A DNA stretch of 22,428 nucleotides from Gemmatimonadota bacterium (lineage in GTDB: Bacteria; Latescibacterota; UBA2968; UBA8231). Position 1 is the first letter of the stretch, and every line of letters starts with the position of its first letter. The position numbers and the translations under genes are program-made. The stretch is from NCBI GenBank assembly GCA_038128265.1, contig JAYPJE010000061.1, positions 1 through 22,428 on the forward strand. The letters are read 5' to 3'. This document shows, in pieces, positions 7,704 to 15,431 of the stretch. The notes under the pieces were generated by a model. That model was not told the origin of the DNA. It did no database searches and worked only from the letters and a program-made list of their open reading frames with translations.

Positions 7704-9662
7704 CTACTCTGCGTCGTATGGCGTGAATTCGGCGGGGTTAATGCCCGTTGTATAGGTGGCAAGCATAATGACTTCGCCGTCGTCTCCCAGATCCCAGTGC
7801 TGCCCTTTGTCTGGGTTGAGAAAGGTGCTGTTGTCGAGACGCAGCCCCAGAGCCGTCTGGCCGCGCGCCTGGGCGGCCGCCTGCACCTGGTCAAAGCGCA
7901 CCGGCCCTTGCAGGCCGCAGTCGGACGCCTTGCAAAAGCAAATCTCTGCTCCACCCGGCCCGAATAGTTCGTCAAAGACCGCGCGCAGTTCACGGCGCAG
8001 CGCCACCTGTGCCAGCATGTGGCTGATGATCTGTGGGCTGACGAGAACTTCCGAGGGGGAGTCGTCAAAAAGCGCCGTATTTTCCGATTCCATCAGTTCG
8101 ACGATGATCGGGGGACCGTCTTCGCCAATCAACTCGCGCAGCAGCAGGTGGCCGAGCGTCGTGCGCGCGTCGGACTCGCCTTCCGACTCTAGCCAATCGC
8201 TGCCGAGTAGGACGATGCCGTCATAGGTGTGCGGCCTCAGACGCGCCAGTTCGTTGGGCGCGGTAAAGTCGCCTTCGTAGTGATGGACGCGAACGGATTG
8301 GGGGTGCACCTCGTGGCGCTCGAGCAGGCGCTGGCGCTCTTCGATGCCGACGTAGGCGAAAATGTCGATGGCGAACTGCTCGCCGGCGTAGCGATCGAAT
8401 TCGCTGAGCAGTGCCGGTGCGCGATGGCTCCATCCTAGCACCAGCAAGCGGCGCTCGTCTCTGCGCTCCTGCTGCGGCGCTGCGGCCGAGACCTCCTGTG
8501 AATGCGGCGTAAAGGTCTGCAGTGCCGTCGTATCGGAAAAAGTGCGCGCGATGAATACCAGTCGATCGCCCTGTTGCACTTCGGTTTCTGGGGGCGGGTT
8601 GAGCAGGGGAGCGAACCCGCCTCCGGCTTCGGGGCGCAGGGCACCTAAAAGCACGGCATCCGGAAAGGCCGGTCCGAGACCGCCCATGCGCTGCCCGACC
8701 AGTGCGTCGCCGCTGCGCACATACACTTCGTTGGTGCGGTCGCCGCTAAGCAATTCGTTAAAGACCTTTGACAGACCTGGATGACGCAGAGTCTGCACAA
8801 TGAGTCGGCTTATAAAGAGGTCGCTGCTAATAATTTCCACGGGGCCAGTATAGGCGCGCACGCCTACCATGACTTTGCGGGGGTCGAATATTTCGGCAAC
8901 GATAAGCGGAATGCGCTCTGCACCGTTGTGTGCGGCGTGACGCGATATTGAGAGCAATGTTTTGATCGTGCGTGCATCGGCTTGCATTGCTCCGTCATAA
9001 AACGAACCGGGCAGGATGACAGCCGCTGCGTTGGCAAAGTCGACGCGGTGCAGGTGGTCTATATCGAGCGGCGTGCCAGTGCGAAATACGATGTGCTGAC
9101 TGTCCCACAGCGGACCGAGGTGGTCGCGCAGTTCCTGCACCCGCTCGGCATTTACCTCTTCGGCGAGCACGGCGATGTTGAGGCGGCGTGCTCCGTAGCG
9201 GCGCAGAAAGCGGTGCAGGCGTTCCTCAGACGACGACAGCAGTTCTTCGATAATGGGGGCCGTGCGGTTGGTCCAACCCAACACCAATACGTGATCGCTC
9301 TGAGTAATGGGGGTCAGCCCGCTTTCCAAGCGTCGCATCGTCTGCGCTAACCACTGCGACATGATGGCGATGAGTGCACCCATAAAGAGCACATAGCCCG
9401 AGATGGTAACAGCGGTCGATACGGTCCGACGCACCAGCCCTTCGTCATCGCCGAGGTAGCCGGGATCGGTGAGGCGTAAAAAGGCCCACCACATCGCTTC
9501 GCCTGCGCTAGAAAACCCGCCCGCAAATTCCATGACGAGCGCGCCGCCGACAGCGGCTATGATCCCGAGCAGCGCGGCGATGAAGAGCAGGCGATAGTGC
9601 GCGCCGCGCAGCAGCATGCGTTCGACGAGAAAGGTAAAGCGGTCTTTCGCTCTCTTTATCAT
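7704..9662 (-). CDS. CASTOR/POLLUX (DMI1)-like cation channel with two RCK domains
   Basis: TM-pore-TM with WWAFLRLTDPGYLGDD filter region. RCK1 HVLVLGW and RCK2 RLLVLGWS. Family motifs ADARTIKTLL, PGLSKVFNELL, SDARTT, MLAQVAL..ELRAVFDELFGPGGAEI. Confidence 0.82.
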   Translation of the reverse strand: MIKRAKDRFTFLVERMLLRGAHYRLLFIAALLGIIAAVGGALVMEFAGGFSSAGEAMWWAFLRLTDPGYLGDDEGLVRRTVSTAVTISGYVLFMGALIAIMSQWLAQTMRRLESGLTPITQSDHVLVLGWTNRTAPIIEELLSSSEERLHRFLRRYGARRLNIAVLAEEVNAERVQELRDHLGPLWDSQHIVFRTGTPLDIDHLHRVDFANAAAVILPGSFYDGAMQADARTIKTLLSISRHAAHNGAERIPLIVAEIFDPRKVMVGVRAYTGPVEIISSDLFISRLIVQTLRHPGLSKVFNELLSGDRTNEVYVRSGDALVGQRMGGLGPAFPDAVLLGALRPEAGGGFAPLLNPPPETEVQQGDRLVFIARTFSDTTALQTFTPHSQEVSAAAPQQERRDERRLLVLGWSHRAPALLSEFDRYAGEQFAIDIFAYVGIEERQRLLERHEVHPQSVRVHHYEGDFTAPNELARLRPHTYDGIVLLGSDWLESEGESDARTTLGHLLLRELIGEDGPPIIVELMESENTALFDDSPSEVLVSPQIISHMLAQVALRRELRAVFDELFGPGGAEICFCKASDCGLQGPVRFDQVQAAAQARGQTALGLRLDNSTFLNPDKGQHWDLGDDGEVIMLATYTTGINPAEFTPYDAE

Positions 9663-9729
9663 GGTTGCACCTTAAAGGCAATGGGCTGAATACGCGCGCG
9701 TTTGCCATACGCCCAGGCGCAGTACCTGA

Positions 9730-11868
9730 CTAAAACCACTTGTCTTTTCGAGCATATCCCAAGCCGAGCTGTAGCTCAGATTTGATCCCCGTCGAGCCGA
9801 CGGCGCTGCTGCGGTGCGCGAAAAAGTTGGCGTCGATTGATAGGTTGAGGTCGCTGCCGAGTCGGACAGTGAGCGAGTTGTACTGCTGCAGCGATAGCGT
9901 GCGCGCTTTGGACGCTCCGACAAATAGCTTGCACGAGGAGCTGAAGCCGTTGCCTTTCCACTGCGCCTTATATTCGGGCAGCAACTCGATACCCAGGTCG
10001 CTTTCGCCGGTGGCTACATCGCGCTCCCAGCCCAGCCCGACGCGCACGTTTCCACGCTGGCCGAGCGAGCGCTGCAGGCCGGCACTGGCGCGCAGCGTTA
10101 GCGGCCGCGGATGCCCCTGCTGCGTGGTCCATACGCTATTGGCTGCCAGCGCGGCAAAGGGTGCCGGACTGCGCGTCTGGCGCGTGTAGGTCATATCGAC
10201 CTGCAGTCGATCGCTCGACTCGCGAAAGCGACCATCGTTGCGCACTTGCCCGTAGTTAGAGCGCACCTGATGTTCGAGGCGTCCGCTGGGCACCTCGCTG
10301 CTCAAGCGCCCGTCAAAGAGGCCGTTCCACGCTAAGGCGCTGCGACCGCTGAGAAAAGATACGTCTTGGTAAGCGGCACCGCCGTCGCCAATTCCGGTCC
10401 AGCTAAGCGCGCCGCTTAGTTTGAAAGAGCTCTTCCAAACCCGCGCACTGTGTTCCCCATGTTCTTTGGCTGGCCCAGTTAGGTGGTCGATGATAAGCTC
10501 TTTGAGGGTGGGGTGTGCGCCGCTGGCATAGACGAGTTCGCGCGGCTTTAGATAGGCGTCACCACCTTCGGCTAAATAGGCGGTCGTGCTAACGCGGTAT
10601 TGTTCGTCTGGGATAAGCTTGCGCCCATTAACCGTTTTGGCGGATGGGTCGTATCCAGCAAAGACGAGGCGCTGGCTCTGCTTGTCGCGCACCGAGCTCT
10701 GCGCACCGAGCTCGACTAGCTGATCGCCGCTGAGGTCTAGTATAACGACGAAGTCGTCGTAGCGAACGAGGCGCCGAACTTCCCCCACGGTAATGCTATC
10801 CTCTAGGGCAAATGCGTTCACGGCACCGCGGTTTATAACGCTGACCTCGCTATGCGCACCGCTACGCATTAGGGACGCAATCCAGGCCGGCGCGTCGTCG
10901 ACGCGTTCGAGTAAACTGCCCACTACAAGGCGACCGGACTCGGCAAAGCGCTGCTGCAGACCGGCAATGGCATCGCCGGTTTCGGGATCAGGGCCGCTGC
11001 TGCCGTCTATGGGCAGCAGCTGGGCGACAAATGTTGTCTCGACTAGCTGATCGCCGCGTCGCACCCACTGCAGCGCAATGCGGCCGACGTGCGTGCCGCC
11101 AGCGGGGGTAGATATCAGGCGCGTCCCCCCGGCTAGCTGCACCTGGTGTAGGGAAGATGCCCGGCTGTCGGCGCGACGAAAACCGCCGGTTATGCACAGG
11201 TCGATGGCGGGAAAGCGCTGGGCCAGTGCCACGGCTTCTTCTTCCTCCATGTGCAAGAGGGCAATGGTATAATCGGCTGAATCGCTCAGTGCGGGCAGCA
11301 ATGTGTCCAGCGCGGCGAAGGGATCGCCCACTTGTAATCCGGAATTGTGCAGTGGGTTGATCAGCTTGGCAGTGGCCGGAGACAGCAGGCCGACGATCGC
11401 AATGCGCAGCCCGTTGCGCTCGATAAGAGTCCAGGGCTGCAGCGGATTGTCGTTGGCCGTTTGCACGTTGGCTGCCAGCAGGGGAAAGGGCAGCTGGCGC
11501 GCGCGCGCGCGCAGCGTATCGAGTCCGTAGTCGAACTCGTGGTTGCCGACGACCATGGCATCGTAGCCGGCATCCGCCATGAGCCGCGCGACTAGTGCGC
11601 CGCGGTCAAAGCGCGCTAGCGAGGAGGCGCCCAGCGCATCGCCGCCGTCGAGCATAAGCGCGCTGGCATTGGCTCTGCGCTCCCGTTTGAGCAGGGCCAG
11701 CAAATGGGCAAAGCCGCCGGAGATCGCGTCTCCACCGCTGCGCGGGAGCAGCTGACCCTCCAAGTCGTTTGTGTGCAAAATAGTCAGCTGGTGAATGTGC
11801 TGTTTGTCGTCGCCATATGCGGTATGGAGTAGCAAAGCCCAAAAAAACACTGTGGCGAACGCGCGCAT
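9730..11868 (-). CDS. Secreted UshA/5'-nucleotidase-like metallophosphoesterase with degenerate metal ligands, fused to a C-terminal putative outer-membrane beta-barrel
   Basis: Signal peptide MRAFATVFFWALLLHTAYG. Motifs TILHTND, LDGGD, VVGNHEFDYG, IALLH. 5'-nucleotidase C-domain (INRG, LSGDQL, YLAEGGDAY). The last roughly 235 aa are alternating amphipathic strands ending in LGLGY...WF. Confidence 0.75.
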   Translation of the reverse strand: MRAFATVFFWALLLHTAYGDDKQHIHQLTILHTNDLEGQLLPRSGGDAISGGFAHLLALLKRERRANASALMLDGGDALGASSLARFDRGALVARLMADAGYDAMVVGNHEFDYGLDTLRARARQLPFPLLAANVQTANDNPLQPWTLIERNGLRIAIVGLLSPATAKLINPLHNSGLQVGDPFAALDTLLPALSDSADYTIALLHMEEEEAVALAQRFPAIDLCITGGFRRADSRASSLHQVQLAGGTRLISTPAGGTHVGRIALQWVRRGDQLVETTFVAQLLPIDGSSGPDPETGDAIAGLQQRFAESGRLVVGSLLERVDDAPAWIASLMRSGAHSEVSVINRGAVNAFALEDSITVGEVRRLVRYDDFVVILDLSGDQLVELGAQSSVRDKQSQRLVFAGYDPSAKTVNGRKLIPDEQYRVSTTAYLAEGGDAYLKPRELVYASGAHPTLKELIIDHLTGPAKEHGEHSARVWKSSFKLSGALSWTGIGDGGAAYQDVSFLSGRSALAWNGLFDGRLSSEVPSGRLEHQVRSNYGQVRNDGRFRESSDRLQVDMTYTRQTRSPAPFAALAANSVWTTQQGHPRPLTLRASAGLQRSLGQRGNVRVGLGWERDVATGESDLGIELLPEYKAQWKGNGFSSSCKLFVGASKARTLSLQQYNSLTVRLGSDLNLSIDANFFAHRSSAVGSTGIKSELQLGLGYARKDKWF

Positions 11869-11880
11869 GATCAACGGGCG

Positions 11881-13326
11881 CTAGTAGGTGATATGGGTGC
11901 GGGCTTCCGCCCAGTGCACATCCATGTCGAGGACGGCGCGGTGCACAGAAGCCGATCTGCTTAGATCTGCGTTGGCCGCGGGCACGGGGTCCTCTCGGGT
12001 GCCGGCGATCCACGGGCGTAGCGCGTCGCCCGACCATACGGCATGCGCTGTTCGATAGCCCAGATAGCCATCGCCGCAGTGACTGCAGCCCCGCGGTTCG
12101 GCCAGCACGGCGCCCTCGCCAAAGAGAGCTTCTGCTTCGCCGGCTGTCGGGCTAGCTTGGCGGCAGTGTTGGCAGAGCTGGCGCATAGAAGTGAATTCGA
12201 CGGCGCCGAGCAGTACGCGTGCAAGGTCCGCCGCGATCACTTCGCTACTCAGCAGGCGCAGCAGGGCATCGCGGATGCCGCTGGCGCTGACAAAGGCGAT
12301 GACCAGAGCGCCGGCGCCGGCCCCTTGGATCAGTGAGCGCACCTGTGTGGGGTCGAGCACGTCTTCGACGAGTATGGCGTTGGGGCGCATATCGAGCGCG
12401 GTGCGCCACAGCGCAGAGAAATCGCCTTCGCTACCCATGTCCAACTGGACGAGCGAATCGTCGCGATACTGAACGGGGCGCTGTAGGCATACGACTAGGC
12501 GGCCCTCGTCGGCAAGGTGCTGGGCAAGGCCCAACTGTTGGCGTTCGGCGTTGGGGCCGGGTGAACCGGCCAAAATGACCAGACCCGGTCGACCAGATAG
12601 AATGGGCTTGAGCGCGTTGGCCTGCGCGGGTAGGTAACCGAGGCCCTCCAATCCGCGGTTCTCCACATCCAGGAAGAAGTGCAGGTGTATCAGCTGGCCC
12701 AATAGGGTGGGCACGGCCGCTAGGCGCAGCTGGTAGCTGACGCCATTGCAGGCGTGTTGGCCGAGCGCTTGACCAATGCCGCCCTCGTTCGGTATGGGAG
12801 CTAGACTGATGACCCATTCGACGAGCTTGTTGGCCAGGACAGCCGGAAAGCGGGCGCGTTCGCGCCGATTACCCTCCTGTCCGGCCAGCAGGCGCATGCC
12901 ATCGTGCAGCGGGTCGAAATACAGGTCGGGGATTGAGTCTAGCAGGGCATCGCGCAAGATGAGGCGTCCGAGTTCTGCTACTAGTGCGTCGGTATTGGCT
13001 GCGTCGATCGTGGGTAGTTCGCCGAGCTGTCCGCGTGCAGTCAGGCGTTCGGTGAAATGCGCTGTGGCTTCTTGGAGGGCGCTGCGCAGCTGCTGGCCCT
13101 CGTCGGCGACGGTGCGCTGATAGCGCTCCAGTTCGGCAGCGGCAAAAAACAGGTGCCGATCGCGCTTTTCGCTCTTGAGCGCCCCGTCCACGACGCGGCG
13201 GTAGACTTCGGCGCGCTGCAGCTGGAGGCGTTTGGCCGCCTCGTCTAGGTCGTAAAATACCTCGCTCTGTGCGGTATCGCCATCGGGCGCCGCTGCGCTT
13301 GTATCGCTTGTTTCCGCTGCAGACAC
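11881..13326 (-). CDS. N-terminal excisionase/MerR-like HTH fused to a PilB/GspE-like secretion ATPase domain with lost catalytic motifs
   Basis: YDLDEAAKRLQLQRAEVYRRVVDGALKS (HTH_17-like). PilB-like IPDLYFDP, LRLAAVPTLLG, GLVILAG, LDMRPNAILVEDV and tetracysteine CQHC...CSHC. GTG start with GAGG RBS. Confidence 0.72.
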   Translation of the reverse strand: MSAAETSDTSAAAPDGDTAQSEVFYDLDEAAKRLQLQRAEVYRRVVDGALKSEKRDRHLFFAAAELERYQRTVADEGQQLRSALQEATAHFTERLTARGQLGELPTIDAANTDALVAELGRLILRDALLDSIPDLYFDPLHDGMRLLAGQEGNRRERARFPAVLANKLVEWVISLAPIPNEGGIGQALGQHACNGVSYQLRLAAVPTLLGQLIHLHFFLDVENRGLEGLGYLPAQANALKPILSGRPGLVILAGSPGPNAERQQLGLAQHLADEGRLVVCLQRPVQYRDDSLVQLDMGSEGDFSALWRTALDMRPNAILVEDVLDPTQVRSLIQGAGAGALVIAFVSASGIRDALLRLLSSEVIAADLARVLLGAVEFTSMRQLCQHCRQASPTAGEAEALFGEGAVLAEPRGCSHCGDGYLGYRTAHAVWSGDALRPWIAGTREDPVPAANADLSRSASVHRAVLDMDVHWAEARTHITY

Positions 13327-13330
13327 GTCG

Positions 13331-14164
13331 TTATTCCTCGCGTTTTAGGTCGATGTCTTTGGCGGGCACGACGACGGCCAAACCGGCTGTCTCAAACTCC
13401 TTGCGCATCTGCGAGATGACGTCGCCAAATATGTTCATCGTGTCGACCGCACTCCACGCTTCCAGCATTACTAACACGCTATCGCCGGTTACATCCGATA
13501 CGGTAAATGTGGGAGCTGGCTCATTGAGCACGGCCTCGTGGCGTTGCAGCACGCCGAGTGCCAGGTCTTCTACCCAGTCGATATCCAATTCGTAGGACAG
13601 GCGCATGGGAACGCGTATGGCGCGCGTATCAAAGGTGGAAAAATTGACTATTTTGTTGCGCCACATCACCGAGTTGGGCACGATAATGTTGACGTTGTCC
13701 AGCGTCACCATGCCGGTATAGGTCATCTTTACTTCCGTGACTCGGCCAATTTGCGCCGGTGGGCCAAACTCGATGAGGTCGCCCTGTTTAAAGGGACGTG
13801 CGGCAAGCATCATAATGCCGGCAAAATAATTGGCGATCGACGTGCGTGCGCCCAGACCGATGATGACGCCGCTAATGCCAAAAGTGGTCAGTAGCGCATC
13901 AACGGGAAAATGTGCCTGCTTGAGAGCGGTTACGTAGCCGACGATCATCACGCCGTAGCGCAGCACCGTGCTCAGGTAGTTCCACAGTATTTCGTCGCCG
14001 CCAAGGCGCTGCATGGCGCGCAGGACGGCGCGTTTGCTCCACAGGCCTGCCCACCAGCTGGCGATGGCGATCAGCGCGCCCAGCATCAGGTCGGGCAGCC
14101 AGCCTAGCAAAGCCGTGGCGTACTCTTCCATGCGCGTAATGACGATGTCGTTGAGACGTTCCAT
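13331..14164 (-). CDS. MscS-family mechanosensitive channel (short, canonical type)
   Basis: GISGVIIGLGARTSIANYFAGI, PFKQGDLIE, GRVTEV, IVPNS. AGGAG RBS upstream. Confidence 0.92.
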   Translation of the reverse strand: MERLNDIVITRMEEYATALLGWLPDLMLGALIAIASWWAGLWSKRAVLRAMQRLGGDEILWNYLSTVLRYGVMIVGYVTALKQAHFPVDALLTTFGISGVIIGLGARTSIANYFAGIMMLAARPFKQGDLIEFGPPAQIGRVTEVKMTYTGMVTLDNVNIIVPNSVMWRNKIVNFSTFDTRAIRVPMRLSYELDIDWVEDLALGVLQRHEAVLNEPAPTFTVSDVTGDSVLVMLEAWSAVDTMNIFGDVISQMRKEFETAGLAVVVPAKDIDLKREE

Positions 14165-14190
14165 TCCCCGCTCCTACCGCCTTTTATTCG

Positions 14191-15117
14191 CTATGCGCTC
14201 TCGCCCATCGCACGAAGGGGCACTCCCTCGGGGTGGTGGTAGATGGTTCGGTGCGGGTAGGCGAATTCGACGGCCCTGCTGTGCGCCACTTCGCGCAGCA
14301 GAATGCGCACGATATCGCTGGAGACGCGCTGGCGATCCTTGGCTAGCGTCTGGTAGCGCAGGCGCGCCATAATACCCGATTCAAACAGCTCGGCGCGCAC
14401 GAACGGTGCCTGGCCAGTATGCTGTATAATGTCTGACGTTACTTGGCGGGCGGCTTCGAGAAAAATGCGCTCGGCTTCGTCAAAATCAGAGGCGTAGGTA
14501 ATGCGAATGGGGACTTCGTCAAGGATGTAGTTCGAGATGTTTGCGTCGCTGTCTTTATCGACCCCTTCCAGCGTGTAGTTGTATATGATCTGGCCGAAAA
14601 GGGTGGCGTTGGGAATGAGCACGGCGCGTCCCGACTTTTCTTCGCCGCCAATGGTGCCGCCGACCTGGTTGAGCAGCACGTGCGTCAGATTGATGTCGAC
14701 CACATCGCCGATAATGCCAGAGATAATGATGCGGTCGCCAATTTTGAAAGGGCGCTTCAGGATAATCATTAGCCAGGCGGCAATGCCCGTTACAGGTGCC
14801 TGCAGCGACCATCCCAATACCATGCCGAGGAAAGCAGCCGATAGCCCTAGCGTTGCTAGGGAGCCGGAAAAGCTGATAATGCCAAAGATGAAGCCAACGG
14901 CCATCCACACGTAGCGATAGATGAATAGAAAGTGCTGGACGTTGTCTTCTTTATAGGCTTTGGTAAGCAGGTAGCGCCGCAGCAGCCGGCGCGAAACTTG
15001 GTAGCCAACCCACAGAAAGACCAGTGTAAAAACGCCGAGCACGGGCGCATCTAACTCGACGTACTCTCCAGCAACGCGGGCGAATTCTTCGTACATGACG
15101 GCTATTTCTTCGTACAT
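14191..15117 (-). CDS. MscS-family mechanosensitive channel
   Basis: LGMVLGWSLQAPVTGIAAWL, RPFKIGDRI, GDVVDINLTH, SGRAVLIPN, EFAYPH. Alternative ATG at 15096 created by a tandem duplication. Confidence 0.9.
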   Translation of the reverse strand: MYEEIAVMYEEFARVAGEYVELDAPVLGVFTLVFLWVGYQVSRRLLRRYLLTKAYKEDNVQHFLFIYRYVWMAVGFIFGIISFSGSLATLGLSAAFLGMVLGWSLQAPVTGIAAWLMIILKRPFKIGDRIIISGIIGDVVDINLTHVLLNQVGGTIGGEEKSGRAVLIPNATLFGQIIYNYTLEGVDKDSDANISNYILDEVPIRITYASDFDEAERIFLEAARQVTSDIIQHTGQAPFVRAELFESGIMARLRYQTLAKDRQRVSSDIVRILLREVAHSRAVEFAYPHRTIYHHPEGVPLRAMGESA

Positions 15118-15126
15118 GACGGCTAT
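15085..15126. repeat. Perfect 21-bp tandem duplication spanning the mscS start codon
   Basis: TTCTTCGTACATGACGGCTAT at 15085-15105 and 15106-15126. Confidence 0.95.
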
Positions 15127-15198
15127 GGACCTTCTCTTCCTATGCTGATGTGCCGCAACTCAGTTGGGCGATGCTTGGGCGTTTCCCGATGCTAAGCT

Positions 15199-15276
15199 TT
15201 CACTAAAATATGCCAAATAGTGAACTCTTGCGACGGCAGAATGGCTTTTTGGGAAAAAATCGAAAAAAATATGCCA
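15199..15276. promoter_or_regulatory. Candidate operator region upstream of the mscS-mscS-HTH/PilB-nucleotidase-CASTOR operon
   Basis: Inverted repeat TTCACTA-N12-TAGTGAA (15199-15224). 11-bp direct repeat AAAATATGCCA at 15205-15215 and 15266-15276, inside an AT-rich intergenic gap. Confidence 0.4.
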
Positions 15277-15431
15277 CGCACTCGCGGAGGTCAGGCCGTC
15301 TAGGATTAGGGTGTATAGGGCGCGGTCATCGGCGGGTTGGATGCCCCCGATTAGGGAGGTGATGGAGGGTTGAGCTCGGGAGAGCCGCCTGCGGCTGATA
15401 GCCGTTTGCCGGGGGTGCAATGCGGCGCGGT

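Noticed and set aside
11497..11512. (GC)8 tract as a phase-variation site
   Set aside because: It encodes RARAR in frame in a GC-rich genome; no evidence of slippage.
11881..13100. Functional T2SS or type IV pilus locus
   Set aside because: Walker A/B, Asp box and His box are lost, and no pilin, PilC/GspF or secretin genes are nearby.
13110..13260. Excisionase implying a prophage or ICE
   Set aside because: The HTH is fused to a PilB-like domain. No integrase, tRNA, att repeats or phage genes are in the window.
15201..15276. Sigma-54 promoters (TGGCATATTTT on the minus strand)
   Set aside because: Both copies have the -24 TGGCA but lack the required GC at -12.
15160..15420. 86-aa minus-strand ORF in the astE-mscS gap
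   Set aside because: TTG start without a clear RBS, runs through AT-rich promoter-like tracts, and has no recognisable domain.
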